A stretch of 64,000 nucleotides of DNA from Eledone cirrhosa (taxonomy: Eukaryota), in the NCBI GenBank assembly GCA_964016885.1, contig OZ024748.1:19344001-19408000 (forward strand), read 5' to 3'. The notes beneath the pieces were generated by a model that was given only the letters and a program-made list of their open reading frames with translations, made no database searches and was not told the origin of the DNA. Below, piece by piece: positions 41,899-57,867 of this stretch. The position numbers were made by a program, and so were the translations under genes. Position 1 is the stretch's first letter, and each line of letters opens with the position of its first letter.

Positions 41899-41983
41899 GG
41901 TCTGACGAGCTGCGGATTACAGAGTCAGGTCAGATCAATACAGATCGAACCTTGAGCTGGTCAGTGGCGAAACGCGCGTCACC
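41899..41983 (+). ncRNA. Minimal type I HHR, canonical core and GUC site
   Basis: ggt-CTGACGA-gctgc/gtggc-GAAAC-GCGC-GTC-acc; followed by aataaa and a tail ending in (TA)n at ~42128. Confidence 0.85.
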
Positions 41984-42259
41984 AACCAATAAACGTAATG
42001 AAGGAGTAACCAATCGTCCTTGTTATCTTATTTAACTATAATACACTCTGTCTAGCTGTACACTACGACACAGGAGTGAACCTAAACATCAAGTGCTCCT
42101 AGTTACACTCCTCGTTACACTCCCTGGATATATATATATGGAGGAAGTTATAGTTCACTTGAAGCACTGTGTAATGAGGTATAAACGTTTGAATTTGTAA
42201 AGCCAAAACAATGCAGGTATGGACATAGAATAAAAAATGCATATATATATATATATATA

Positions 42260-42330
<71 letters not shown>

Positions 42331-42378
42331 ATAAATGATCGGAGGCCATATTTAGTTGATTCAGGTTTATTTAAAACC

Positions 42379-42436
42379 CCGTTATACGTATTTCACTTAG
42401 GATTATCAGTTATAATAGCCTAAGCTCTTCAGACGG
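42379..42436 (-). ncRNA. Minimal type I HHR, core intact
   Basis: Minus: ccgt-CTGAAGA-gcttagg/cctaagt-GAAA-T-ACGT-A-TA-acgg. Confidence 0.85.
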
Positions 42437-42524
42437 CAAAACCTAAAATAAACATTGAAAGTACTCTAGAGACCTTAAAATTTGAAAAAATCTAATCATT
42501 TCCTCTAAAAAGATCTTCTTTTGA

Positions 42525-42580
<56 letters not shown>

Positions 42581-42698
42581 GATTAAACCACTATTAAGCT
42601 AGTAAGAGCATTATGCAATATCGATAGTTGGGATAGAAAAAGTGTGACTATATTAGAAAGTGTCGGGGCTCGACGACTGAACACTTGTCCTTTCGATA

Positions 42699-42794
<96 letters not shown>

Positions 42795-43639
42795 CTAAAT
42801 TCTGCATGTTTGTGTGCGTGCTTCGTGTATCTGTGTGTCCACTTGTGTGGTTGTTTGTCTGTGAATGTTTTGATAGAAGTTAGTGGAAGTTGATGTTGCT
42901 GACTTAGTTGATGTTATAGTTAATTTAGTTCTGTCTAACACTTACTACCACTTGATGGAACTCTTCCAACTGGAGGTGGAAAAGTTCTACTGATGATTGG
43001 CGGGTTATTAGTTTTCACGGGAGATCTCTATCACAGACCGTTACAGACTTACGCAGTCATACCCAGACATACCCAGATATTCACAAACATACATAGATAT
43101 ACACATACATACATAGATATATACAGTCATATACATATATACACTGATACACACAGACTTAACCAGGCATTCATAGACATACAGGAGGGTACACAGGCAC
43201 AAACCCGCATACACAGACATACATAGATGTACATAGGTGTACACAAATCCAGACATGCATATACACATCGGCACAAACATTCATTGACATACCAACGCAG
43301 GCATACATAGATATGATGGCTGCAAACTCTGCTAAGAGTACTGCAATCGCTTGTCAGATTATAGAGTTTGGTGCACTTTTAGGCTACGGCCAGCCAAACG
43401 ATGCTGCAACATATTCTGAACAAGAAATGCATGTGCTTTGAAGGTTTCTTAAGTGGGGAAAGGCCTTGCACTCAGCCAATCCCACTCTCTGAGCTTCGAA
43501 AACACTACCCGAAAAGGAGAACTTGTCAACATCATCGGATGCTTCCGAAGCCATAGGTTTTTTTCAGAGTTTCCCTCTCTTAGAAAGGTGTTGTCACAAC
43601 AACTGGGGGCCTTTCACTCCCAGGTGAAAAAAAAGTACT

Positions 43640-43812
43640 AATTGGATGGCCATTGACTCTTTTGAGTTCCTTCACCCTTTGCCGGGTCATGTATTTCATC
43701 CCGCAAGGTGTCCAAATATCACCTTCCTTACCAAGCAAGCTTGGTGGGGGTTGCCGGTTTAGTCGCTGACCATGAGACAGGTTGTACTGGGTTACATGCT
43801 ACCAGTAGCACT
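43640..43812 (-). repeat. Dispersed repeat homologous to 21305-21480
   Basis: See the 21305 feature. Confidence 0.7.
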
Positions 43813-44390
43813 TGAGAGCGACCTGACATAGATATACCCAGACATATACATACCAGCACAAACATTGAGCATCTTAAGCCGATGATGAAAAGCAAATCTA
43901 GTTGATCTCGTTGAAATTTCAACTATAAAACTCGGAACGTTAGTTTCTCGAATATGTACTACCACAAGGCATTTTGTTCGACGCTCTAACTACTCTGAAA
44001 ATTCACTACTTTATATGATGATTTAGTGGCGGGAGATGGTTTTTTTCTTTAGGGAAGAAATTTAAAGAATAAAACAAAACAGAACAAAAATAAGACATAA
44101 AAATGGAGAGACATTAAACAGTAGGCCTAAAAAATAAAAAATAAATAAAGGAATTTAAGATGAAATAAAATCAACAAACGCAGTACCGGAAATTGAACAC
44201 GGTGTCTCTTACAAGATGGCTGCAGGACATAATACAAACCCCATCATATTAAGATTGCTTTGATTGTGGTTAGTAGTCATTCTTGGTGGAGTGGATGTTT
44301 ACAAACTTTATAGCATTTAATATATTTTATATTGAAATTCATTTGAAATGTTTGCATTTGTGTCTGTATACATACATACACACATACACG

Positions 44391-44502
<112 letters not shown>

Positions 44503-44574
44503 CACACACATATATTTATATACTATAGTCCTGTCTGGCTAAAAATGTTTCTCTCATTTCGTGCGTCTGTAGTT

Positions 44575-45280
44575 TAGGGTAGTGTGATGTTATGTAATAT
44601 AGCGTAGAGTAGTATGGTGTAGTATTGTGTAGTGTTGTATAGTGTTTTGTGGTGTTGCGTAGTGTCGTGTAATATTGTGTAGTGTTGTGTGGTGCTGCGT
44701 GGGGTTGTGTAGTGTGAGGTAGTGCTATGTGGCGGGGTGTTGTGTAGTGATGTGTTGTGTAATGTTGTATAGTTTTGTGTAATGTTGTCTAATGTTGTGT
44801 AATGTTGTGTATTGTTGTGTAGTGATGTGTTGTGTAGTGCTGTGTAGTGTTGTGTAATGTTGTGTAGTGCTGTGTATTATTGTGTAGTGTTGTATAATGT
44901 TGTGTAGTTTTGTGTAATGTTGTGTAGTGTAGTGTAGTGTAGTGTACTGTTGTGTAGTTTTGTGTATTGTTGTGTAGTGTTGTGTAGTGTTGTGTAGTTT
45001 TGTGTATTGTTGTGTAGTGTTGTGTAGTGTTGTGTAGTTTTGTGTAATGTTGTATAGTGTTGTGTAATGTCGTGTAATGTTGTGTAATGTTGTGTATTGT
45101 TGTGTAGTGATGTGTGGTGTAGTGTTGTGTAGTGTTTTGTAGTGTTGTGTAGTTTTGTGTAATGTTGTGTAGTGTAGTGTACTGCTGTGTAGTTTTGTGT
45201 ATTGTTGTGTTGTGTAGTGTTGTGTAGTGTACTGTTGTGTAGTGTTGTGTAGTGTTGTGTAGTGTTGTGTAGTTTTGTGC
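44575..45280. repeat. Degenerate pentamer array (TGTAG/TGTGT/TGTAA)
   Basis: Direct reading. Confidence 0.9.
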
Positions 45281-45738
45281 AGATTAGCAAGGAACATTCG
45301 TGTCTGTGAAACAGCTTGTAATAATATAGTGCACTTAACCGGAAGTGATAAATTTCGGAGCCATTAGCAAAGAGTTTAAAAATATTTTTCTTAATTTCCA
45401 GCCTATGCTTGTGTACTTTATTAATTGCTCTACTTTTTAACATCACCATCATCCTCATCATCATCATCATCATCATCTTCTTCTTCTTCTTCTTCTTCTT
45501 CTTCTTCTTCTTCTTCTTCTTCTTCTTCTTCTTCTTCTTCTTCTTCTTCTTCTTCTTCTTCTTCTTCTTCTTCTTCTTCTTCTTCTTCTTCTTCTTCTCC
45601 CCCCCTCGTCGGTTAAAGAGATTGACCCAGGCATATTGCTAAACCGTTTCTCTGAGCCAGAACATATTCTTTACCGATGCATTTATTGGTGTATATAAGT
45701 ACAGACACACAGAACTAATCACACCCACCCAAATAGAA

Positions 45739-45802
<64 letters not shown>

Positions 45803-46120
45803 GTGTATATACTAAGTCTGCTGTGCCGAGACCTGGGACACCACAACAATTAGGGTAGTACTCTAACCGCTAGGCATCGCGATCGGGTTTCTACCCTCCT
45901 TTATATATATATAAATATATATGTATATATATAAGTATAAATTTATATATGAGTGTATCGTGTGTGTGTGTATGTACGTATATATATAAATATAAATATC
46001 TATCTATACATATATATATATATATATATATAAATATCGTATATACATACACACATATATATATATACACACACACGTATATATATATATACATGTATAT
46101 GTATGTATGTATTTTTGTAT

Positions 46121-46326
<206 letters not shown>

Positions 46327-46819
46327 CTATAGTTGTTGTTGAGAATGCGAAACTAATCAGCTTATGTCTGCCCAATAAATTATATTAAATTAGATTGAAC
46401 TTCGTGCAGTTTATTTTTTTATATTTTTTTAAAATGATAAATGTTATAATACCGTTGTTCTCTATCTCCTCGCATCCTATCTTCTCTTTCCTTGGTATTC
46501 TTACACTCATCTCCCCCGCCTCTCTCTCTTAATCTTTCTTTCTCTTTCTCTCTTGCTTTCATTTTCCCTTTCTATTACTCTCGTTATCTATCTATCTATC
46601 TCACTATCTCTCTATCTCTCTCTTTATCTCTCTCACACTCTCTCTCTGACTCACTCTCTCTCTCTCTCTCTATCTTTCACTCCTGCTCTCTCACTCTCTC
46701 TCTATATATATATGCGTTTGTGTATGTCTGGAGTATGTGTGTGTGTATATATGAATGTATATATATATATATATTTACCCCTCTGCCTTCCCCCTCTTTC
46801 TCCCCCCCCTCTCTATAAA

Positions 46820-46877
<58 letters not shown>

Positions 46878-47062
46878 CATATTAAAGAATAGCAGAGGGA
46901 CGTTACGTTACGATTGATGAACGAATCAGCGCATAAATAGAAACTTTCCAGTTTGTCCTTTTACGTCAATTGGATATCCCTGCCTTTACATACTTAGATA
47001 CACACACACACATACACATACACACACACACACGGACACGCACAGACACTCACACACACACC

Positions 47063-47112
<50 letters not shown>

Positions 47113-47139
47113 TATAAATATATATATATATATATATGA

Positions 47140-47209
<70 letters not shown>

Positions 47210-47212
<3 letters not shown>

Positions 47213-47388
47213 GTAATAATAATAAATGTTGGAGACTAAAATCCAAAGAGGGCTCGATAAGGATAAATATATATCAAATATATAAGAACCATAGAGTTTA
47301 TTTTAATAAATATATATATATATATATATACTCATATATATATTTATACTTATATATATATATATATATACTCATATATATATTTATA

Positions 47389-47437
<49 letters not shown>

Positions 47438-47454
47438 TCATATATATATTTATA

Positions 47455-47506
<52 letters not shown>

Positions 47507-47642
47507 TATAAATATATATATGAGTGTATATATATAAATATATATTTATTAAATAATCTCTACGGTTCTTATATATTTGATATATATTTATCCTTATCGA
47601 GCCCTCTTTGGATTTTAGTCTTCAAATTTATTATTATTACTA

Positions 47643-47694
<52 letters not shown>

Positions 47695-47800
47695 TAACAG
47701 ATTAAAGTTTCAGCAAAGAATCGCTGCTTTCACGCTTAATGGGATCTTCTGAAATTTTTATATATTTCATATATATTTATCCTTATCGAGCCCTCTTCGT
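47210..47800. mobile_element. Family B fragments in both orientations, including a CAGAAGA HHR-fold on minus (47706-47756)
   Basis: Inverted tails at 47210-47310 and 47545-47642. Minus: aattt-CAGAAGA-tccc..-GAAA-gca/tgc-TG-aaact. Confidence 0.7.
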
Positions 47801-47944
47801 ATATATATATGTATATGTATATATATATGTCGTGATAAATTAAAAAAATAATTATGTTTTATAAGAAATAATTTATTCAAAATAAATAAATATGGAAACT
47901 TAAAAATTTACTATATATTGCGACCTTTGGCTCACCCTGTGTAT

Positions 47945-47982
<38 letters not shown>

Positions 47983-48649
47983 ATACTTGGGGAGGGTCAT
48001 ATTTGTGTAATATTCCCACAATTAATAACAGAATACACTCACTGTTTGGTTGGTTTTCGCTTTTCGCTTTTGTGTCTTTTATATCGGTAATCTAATTTAT
48101 TCGGTCCTCAATGTTGCCATTGACTGACCAACGGTAAAAAATAATACAGATACAATATAGACACAAACACATATATATAGTTTATCAAAGTTCTTTCGTT
48201 GCACATCTGCAACATCGTCACTTGTGCTATTGTTTTCTCCCGTTGCATTGTATTTTCTACGCCATCTTTATTTAGTCTGTTTATATATTTATTTATTTGT
48301 CTATTTTATTTTGTCTTCTTTGCGCATGCGTTTGCGTGTGTGTATATTGTTTTGTTTGATGTGTGTTCGTGATTGGGTGACTGTATATTGGTTAATGTAT
48401 TCTATCTTTACTAGTGTGTGTTTATATGTGTCTGTTGTTATTATATATATATATATAGTAGTAATAATAAATTTGAAGACTATATATATTGTAGTAATAA
48501 TAAATTTGAAGACTAAAATCCAAAGAGGGCTCGATAAGGATAAATATATATCAAATATCTAAGAACCGTAGAGCAAATACGTGTATCATGTATATGGATG
48601 CGTGTATGTATTTATTTAATTTCAATTACCTCTGTATTTTATTTACTTT

Positions 48650-49220
<571 letters not shown>

Positions 49221-49984
49221 CACACACACTCAAGTTTCGAAGTTTCCCATTATATTGATGGTACATGTCAGGAATAGCGCATTTGTTAAGTTGAACTCTT
49301 CAGCGAGTTCAGTGAGTTTATGTTGAGAGCTAAATATAGATACTAAGACAAATACAACTCGGTACATTGATGTCACAATAAGAAACAATCAACGACAACG
49401 TTTAATTTGAAAAATGAATAGGAAAGGGGGAGGGTTATGTAAAAACATTTCACATGAATAAACCACCATTCGGTTTTATCGATCCAGTAGCAGCGAATAA
49501 ATAAATTGTGTTATAAACAGATCACATGGTAACTTCTATAGACAATGCACTTAAATAAAAACTCCACAGCACTTGATAAAATTATACTGAATAACCAAGT
49601 AGCGTATATTTACCTTCCGCTTATTCTTTCTCCTTCAAGCCGCTGTTAGTATTATATTCTTGGTAACATATGTGTGATATCGATAAAATAAAAATGTCAA
49701 TGTAAAGGAGAAGAGAAGAAACTATCTAGATAGCTAAAGAATTCCTCCTGTGAACTGGAAGATAAGAAGACGGTTAAACCTCGTTAGCAACAGCTAGTTA
49801 TTGCAACATTAAAAGTACACTATCAAATTTCATTTATTGATATAGTGTGAAGTTTCGTTTAATGAAATCATTGATAAGTGCACTGAGATTGGTTTGAAAT
49901 CTAATATGATGGTAACTATAGAAATGTGAAAGGTCATAGGTAAGGTTACGTTAAAAACCAATACTGCACTACTGTAATCAGGTT

Positions 49985-50142
49985 CAAGGCCAGCAATTAT
50001 CCAGTGCATTACTGGTACTTTATTTTATCGACCCCGTAAGGATGAAAGGCAAAGTCAACCTCGGCGGGATTTGAACTCAGATCGTAAAGGGACGTAACTA
50101 TGCTGGAAAGCATGGCGTCCGACCCTCTACCGATACTGCCAA
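49985..50142 (-). mobile_element. Deu/Nin-domain SINE
   Basis: Near-consensus copy. Confidence 0.85.
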
Positions 50143-50369
50143 TACAATAAAATTTAACGTTCCTTTCTCATTCACAGAGGAAGATTGCTTTTGTTTTCTT
50201 TTTCTTGCTTTTCTTTTTGCAAATGTGTGATTCTTATGTAAATGATTAATATCTTGATGATTAAAGGAAGGAGGCGGAGGAGTAGAATGAGGATTGAAAT
50301 TGGTGAAGAAAGAGGCAGAGATCACTGATGTTGAATCGTTTCTAAATGCTGTTCCTCTCTCTCACTCAC

Positions 50370-50462
<93 letters not shown>

Positions 50463-51991
50463 TGATGTTTATGTTTTCCTTGTGTTCTTTTATTTCAAAG
50501 TATGCGGGTATTGTGCTGTACTTTATTCTATGTGTCGATTACGAAACAGTCCATTGTGTTGGTACAGGCGGCTTTTAAATATGTTTCCTGTAAGCTCAGT
50601 GTCAGTGTAACGAGTTGTGTCGTAGGAGGATGTTTCGATGACATTCTGCTAATTTCAAGTCATTTACATTTCATGATCTAATACTACAGCAGCTGCACAT
50701 CGTTTCTTCTCGTTCTTCGTGATAATGTTGGAGTATGACAACTGAAGTTTGGCCGTGTGTAATATATCTATATTATTCATACAGCTGAAGCTTATATTCA
50801 AGTTGTATTCGTCAAACAGCTGGGAAAACCTTTGTTAACTCGGGAGGTATTAGCTATTGAACAAGAAGATTTTAGAAAAAACAATTTTCATATTGCTGTT
50901 ATTCTGTTGATTGTGACTGATTAAAGTGTTGGAACCAAGATCATGAGGTCGTGAGGTCAATTTCCGGAGCTGGTGATACGTTGAGTCTTTCAGCAACACA
51001 GGTTATGTCATGCTACTTTAATCCACACAAGTGCTAAGCTGTATCTATCTTTGTCTTGTCCTTTGACAATATCGATGTCATAGAGAAAGCAAGCTTGTAT
51101 GTATAGATAACTGCTGGTCTCTCACAAAACAACCGGCCCAGCCTTGTGCTTCGGAAAGGCAAAACCGAACTTAGCACCCATGACAGAAGGAGGTCCTTTT
51201 TTTTTCCTTTTTGTAACATAACCATAAAGAGGTTATCCTCCTGGATAACCCATCAGTTGTTCAACAACAACAACAACAACAACAACAACCAAAACGAGAT
51301 GAAATGAAGCTTTAGTTTGTATGAGAAACTTATTTAGCTTCATGAAAATAAAACCTACAAAACCAACTATAACATATGTGAAACAACATACATAACTAGA
51401 GAAGCACATATTTTTATAGTGTCAAATGATTAGTGCTATGTCATCTCAAAATTTGTCAAATACTAATGGACAACTCGCCGATTCACCCATGTAGAATTAG
51501 AGGCCATTTTGAGAGGCAAGCCAGGGTCTACATTAGAACAGTAATGGAGTCAGACAGTGTAAGTCATGAACTCTCATTAACAGAAGAGAACATAGCCGTG
51601 GAATCTCTAACGCACTGAAAACATTTCAACATCATTAATAACAAATAATTATATATATAATTAGATAAAATAAATAAATAAGTAAATAAGTAAATAAATA
51701 AATAAATAAATATATAAATAAATGAATAAAGCGACTTAATGTCATATGACAAAGAAATAAGAATCGGACAGTTACAAAAACGTTTTACTATTTGTTACAC
51801 GAAAGGACAGACAGAATTTCTTTCTGGATATTATTATCTTAGAAACTTGTCACCTAGTTTCATTTCATTTTCTTCGAGTTTCACTAAAATAATATCATAT
51901 ACTGTTTAGTTAAGAAATATGATTTGAAAAACGGGGTGAATAGCTAAAAGAAAGAGAGAAAGCGAGAAAGCGAGAAAGTGAGAGAGAGAGA

Positions 51992-52114
<123 letters not shown>

Positions 52115-52478
52115 CATACAGAACAGAAATAAATAAAAGAAATATGTATGAAAAATAAGTAAGAACATTGTGAAGTAGGTTTTTATAATGTAATTCTGTA
52201 TAATTCTATAGAGTGGCAGATATTTTAGCATGTTCTGTAGTGTCGTTATACTTTCATGCTCGTCACTGAGGTAAGAAATTGCTCATCAATCATCGTAAAA
52301 GAAAAATGTGTTGATAGCTAATATGGCAGCGAGGAGGAGGAGGAGGAGGAGGAGGAGGAGGGGGGAAGGAGAAGGAGAAGGAGAAGGATGAAAATTGTGA
52401 GTCTAGAATCACAGTGGAAAAATATAGAAAATAAGGAAAAAAAAATGACGGCTTGGTTGGTGTTTTCATCATGTCAAG

Positions 52479-52576
<98 letters not shown>

Positions 52577-52857
52577 CTTTTTCTTCTTCTTCTTCTTCTT
52601 CTTCTTCTTCTTCTTCTTCTTCTTCTTCTTCTTCTTCTCATCATCATCATCTCCATCATCATCATCATTAATATTATTACATGCATATATATATATATAT
52701 ATATAAAGTTTTTTTTTTTTGCAATATATGCATGTATATGCATGTATGTAATACAATGACTTGTGGAACAGTGTATATATGTATATATTTGTGTCTGTGT
52801 GTGTGTTTCTGTAATGCCTCTAAATAAACATTTTATTGCAATACATATATACACATA

Positions 52858-52942
<85 letters not shown>

Positions 52943-53070
52943 ATACAATTACAAATAAATATGTGTTTGTTTGTATATATATATATATATTAACAAACTC
53001 TATATATATATATATATACACACACACACATATATATATATATATACAAACAAACGCATATTTATTTGTA

Positions 53071-53113
<43 letters not shown>

Positions 53114-53126
53114 TGGTGTGTGTGTG

Positions 53127-53176
<50 letters not shown>

Positions 53177-53447
53177 ATTATATATATTAACAAACTTTTA
53201 CACTACCACAAATTTATAATAACGGTGGTAACCTTGTCAAAATTCTCTCCAGCGAAGCTTGAATCTGATGATAATTTGCCTTGAGGTGAAGATTTTCAGA
53301 GATACGAATTGTAAGATTTGGAAATAGAATCACACAACATTGACTGTTACATTGTCACTGTTATGCAAAGATAAGGAAAATGAAATTTGTCTTATTTCAT
53401 TTCGTTCCATCCAACATAAGTTCTTGTTTGTTGTTGTTGTTTTTTTT

Positions 53448-54190
53448 ATTGTTGCTAAAGCTCTCACCTACCTATGCTTAACTGGCCTCCAACGAGGTTG
53501 TATATTGTGGTAGGTTTTACTTGTGCTATGACAATATAGTGGACCACAGCCCAAGGATAACTTTGTTGCTACAGCTTATTCCTATGTAGGTTTAGCTGGC
53601 TTCTAACGAGGTTGTATATTATGGGAGGTTTTACTTGTGCTGTGACAATATAGGGCACCACAGCCCAAGGATAACTTTGTTGCTACCGCTTCCACCTACC
53701 TAACTTTAACTGGCCTCCAACGTGGTTGTATCCTGTAAGAGGTTTTACGTGTGCTGGGAAAATATAGGGGACCCAAGTCCAACGATATTTTTGTTGCTTC
53801 AGCTTATACCTATGTAGGTGTAGCTTGCCCCGTACGAGATTGTATCTTATAAGAGCTTTCACGCTTGTTTTAATAACAAGGGCTCTCAATCCTCATTACA
53901 CAGATTTAAGTAGAACTGGTCTCCTACAAAGTTACGTCTCACATGACGTTTCAGGCTTGTTTTAACAACAGGACCCCCATTCCTATCATGTGGTTGCTAC
54001 ATGTCACACATGTTTAAGTTTAACTTGTCTCCTACCATGCTGCATCTTGTTGGAGCTTTCACGGGTGTATTAATGAACAGGGGCCCCCATTCCTATCATG
54101 TTGTTGATAGAGGTCACACCTATTTAAGTTTAACTGGCCTCCTACGATGTTGCATCTCATAGGAGGTTTCACCGATGTTGTAATGAAAAC
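53448..54190. repeat. ~114-bp satellite, about 6 diverging units
   Basis: ccacagcccaaggataactttgttgcta at ~53545 and ~53658; actggcctcc/aacgaggttgtat recurring; cccccattcctatcatg at ~53974 and ~54084. Confidence 0.8.
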
Positions 54191-54723
54191 AGGTCAGTCC
54201 AGTTCAGGGGTTAAACTCCAGCTGTTGCCAGTACAAATTCTCTTTTTCTGTTCTGTGTCTTTCGGCCAAGTAGATTGGGGCAACGAGAAAGGAAGAGTCT
54301 TGTTCAAGACCACAGCATGTCAGGAATCGAACTTACGACTTTAGTTTTGTAGATCCAACAGCCTAAGCACTATTTGACGCGCCTCTACTTCTAACATTTG
54401 ACTTACGTAACCGTTAAACCTACCTGTTTTCTCTTAATGTAACTTTTCTCTGACATGTCTTTTTAAGTCATAACTCTAGGAAGAATGCTCGTCTGTCAGA
54501 GCATAAAGCCCAGTAAATAGTCCTTTTGATTTAGGCACAAGGCCAATGGTTTGAGTGGTGGGGAGAAGAAAGTTGATTAAATCAACCCCCAGTACATTAC
54601 TGGTATTTTATTTTATCGATTCCGTAAGAATGAAAGGCAAAGCTTACCTCGGCGAGTTATATATAATATGATATGATATGTATGTATACATGTATGTATG
54701 CATGTATATATATGTATGTATGC

Positions 54724-54813
<90 letters not shown>

Positions 54814-54861
54814 ATGTATGTATGTATATATGTATTTATGTATATATATATGTATGTATGC

Positions 54862-54918
<57 letters not shown>

Positions 54919-54919
54919 C

Positions 54920-54970
<51 letters not shown>

Positions 54971-55736
54971 TGAATGTATGCATATACGTATGTATTTATG
55001 TATGTATATAAGTATTGTTGTATGTATGTATGTATGAATGTATGCCTATATGTATGTATTTATGTATGTAGGTATATATGTATGTATGTACGTATAAATG
55101 TATGAATGTATGAATATATGTATGTATTTATGTATGTATGTATATATGTACGTATAAATGTATGTATGTATGCATATATATATGTACGTATGTATGTAGG
55201 TATGCACATATATATGTATGTATGCATGTATATATGGACACATAACACCTGATGAAGTCGTAGTGGTACTGTGTTAACATACAGCGTGTATGGCAGAACC
55301 CATTCCTTCTCCAGATAACAAACAATTAAGAAGAACATACGATTCTCCAATAACTTGCTATATTCTTCTTACTAATTACTTTATTGTATTTCACCTTGTG
55401 GACAGAGTTTAGTATTGGCGGCAAGTTAATTAATTCACCAGCAATATAGTAGGTGATCATGTGATTAATTAGAAATGGTTTAATTCATTTTAATTGACGA
55501 TTTCATTAACCCATTTAAGTTTATATTCTTGGTCGTAAATTCATAAATCTTTCTTGAACTCATACACACATATGTAGGCACACACACACGCACACACACA
55601 CACACACACACAACCCCCCCCCCCCCATATATATATATATATTTACATATTCAGGCGCAGATACAGACAGATATACTGAGGCAATTTCACATGGTCGTAA
55701 ACTTCTCAGCTAGTTAGCTTTCTTTCATTCACTCCT

Positions 55737-55774
<38 letters not shown>

Positions 55775-55839
55775 CCTCTCTCTCTCTTTCTCAATCTCCT
55801 CTGTCTTTATATATATATATATAAACTTACATATATACA

Positions 55840-56065
55840 GGTAGATGCTTATCCTGATTTCCGTGGCGTAGGGCGACTGCGAGTACAAAACTGCCCCTTT
55901 GACAGGATGCCAGACCACTGCAGCTATTACTGTTATTCATTTTCAGCTGAATATACTGGAGTAACGTGAAATGAAGTGTTTTGCTCAAGAATACAATGCA
56001 CAGCTCAGTCTAGGAATCGAACACATGACATTATAATTGTAATCCAAAACCCTTACCACTAGGGT
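55840..56065 (-). mobile_element. CORE-type SINE, diverged
   Basis: gtgaaatgaagtgttttgctcaagaa...ggaatcgaaac. Confidence 0.65.
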
Positions 56066-56841
56066 ACACACATCAACTAGCTAGGTATTCCACAGGCATG
56101 AGTTAATTTTAGCGTAATTTCCAAGCTGAGTTACTATGCCAGAATGTATGTCAAAGTTCGACTTTTGACTTCGGGCTACATACCATCTAACGGACTTCCT
56201 AATAATAACAGTCTTCATAATTTTACCCCCAATACTTGGGTTAACTTGAGACTATGATCCTGTGTAGCTGAACCAAATTCAGAAAGTTGTGGTTGCAAAG
56301 AGAACATCTTTACAAGTTAGTTGACCATAGTGTGTCTATCGTTAAGTTAGTCAGTAACTCTGTCTAACTATTGCAACAGCTACCCTACTAAATAATATCT
56401 AACTTCCAAAAGTCTTACCACTTTAAGACCTGGTCTAATATCCGCCATATTTACTTAACGTAGTTTATTCATTTCCGCTCAATTAAGACTAATTATATAT
56501 TTAATAAAAGATTAACTTAATTAGTTCAATTAATAATATATATTTCGTTTCTGACAGATGGAGATTTACTCGATTAATCAAAGCTACGCTTTAACCGTTG
56601 ACTTCATCCGTGTCAAACTTGTTCAAAATATAAGCTGACCTAAATGGACGTTCGTCGGTTGCAACGATGAGTGCTCCAGTTGTTCGATTAACGGAACAAT
56701 CTGTTAGTGAAAGTAGCTGAGCATTTCACAGACGTGTGTACGCTTGATGTTATTCTCAGGGAGATTCATCATGACACAGTGTGTGACAAAGCTGGCCATT
56801 TGAACTATAGGTACAATTTCTCTTGCATTATATTGCAAGAA

Positions 56842-56889
<48 letters not shown>

Positions 56890-56893
<4 letters not shown>

Positions 56894-57110
56894 ATAATAA
56901 TAAATTTGAAGACTAAAATCCAAAGAGGACTCGATAAGGATATATATATATATATATCAAATATATAAGAACCGTAGAGCAAATATTTATTAAAATAACA
57001 TATTAAAGTTTAAGGAAAGAATCGCTGCTTTCACCCTTAACCTTTCAATCTTTCTGTTAAGGGTGAAAGCAGCGATTCTTTGCTTAAACTTTAATCTGTT
57101 AATTTAATAT
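56890..57110 (-). mobile_element. Family B tail with fold-back pivoting in the HHR stem II loop
   Basis: gctgctttcacccttaa...ttaagggtgaaagcagc. Confidence 0.75.
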
Positions 57111-57124
57111 ATACATATATATAT

Positions 57125-57348
57125 TTCGTTTCTGAATTTGTTTAGCAAGATTCTTCATCTGAAAACGTGTGTTGAAACCGATATTGTTATACTTTGGGAG
57201 GGTCATGTTGCCAATAAGAAACACACGCACCAGTAGCTTTCACTTCAATTTATTATAATAAATTTATAAATTTATTATAATAAATTGAAGTGAAAGCAAC
57301 TGGTGCGTGTGTTTCTTATTGGCAACATGACCCTCCCAAAGTATAACT
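57125..57348 (+). mobile_element. Family C module with perfect fold-back
   Basis: Centre aaatttataaattt at ~57267. Confidence 0.8.
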
Positions 57349-57371
57349 ATATATATATATATATATAAGGA

Positions 57372-57588
57372 ACGATCGACTTTCGTCAAATCGGACCGTC
57401 GGAACAATGTTTCCGTTGGTCTTTCCAATTGCTAATGCTATCTATCGGTCGCAACTCCAGGTAGAAGGAGCAACGTGAAATAAAGTGTCTTGCTCAAGGA
57501 CATAACGCATCGCCTGGTCCAGGAATCGAACTCACAACCTTACGATTGCGAATCCAATTCCCTAACCACTCAGCCACACGCCTTCACC
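57372..57588 (-). mobile_element. CORE-type SINE
   Basis: Minus: tggctgagtggttagg...gagttcgattcc...tgtccttgagcaagacactt. Confidence 0.8.
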
Positions 57589-57642
57589 TATATATATACC
57601 AATGATATTAATAAATGGAAACTATATTGATAAAACCATATA

Positions 57643-57703
57643 TATTCTATTATATATATTTCATGGGTAACACAACTTTGGTACGGTCTCATCAGATAAA
57701 ATA
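57643..57703 (-). ncRNA. Minimal HHR (family D-like), stem II decayed
   Basis: Minus: tattttat-CTGATGA...GAAA-T-ATAT-A-TA-atagaata. Confidence 0.55.
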
Positions 57704-57773
57704 CAAAATTTGTTTTATAAATAGTGATATATCCAGGAATCAGACCTTAACAGTTCAGGTTCCGTTCTCTTTG

Positions 57774-57863
<90 letters not shown>

Positions 57864-57867
<4 letters not shown>

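Noticed and set aside
44725-45476. Thr/Gln/His/Tyr repeat ORFs
   Set aside because: Translation of a pentanucleotide simple repeat.
49590-49650. 29-nt micro-exon on minus (cag|cggcttg...ggaag|gtaaat)
   Set aside because: Splice-like dinucleotides only; no partner exons or homology, so it cannot be supported without RNA data.
55246-55305. HHR at ctgatga-agtcgta...tatggc-agaac
   Set aside because: GAAA, stem III and the cleavage site are too decayed to call; similar weak cases at 9310, 29566 and 38955 were also left out of the features.
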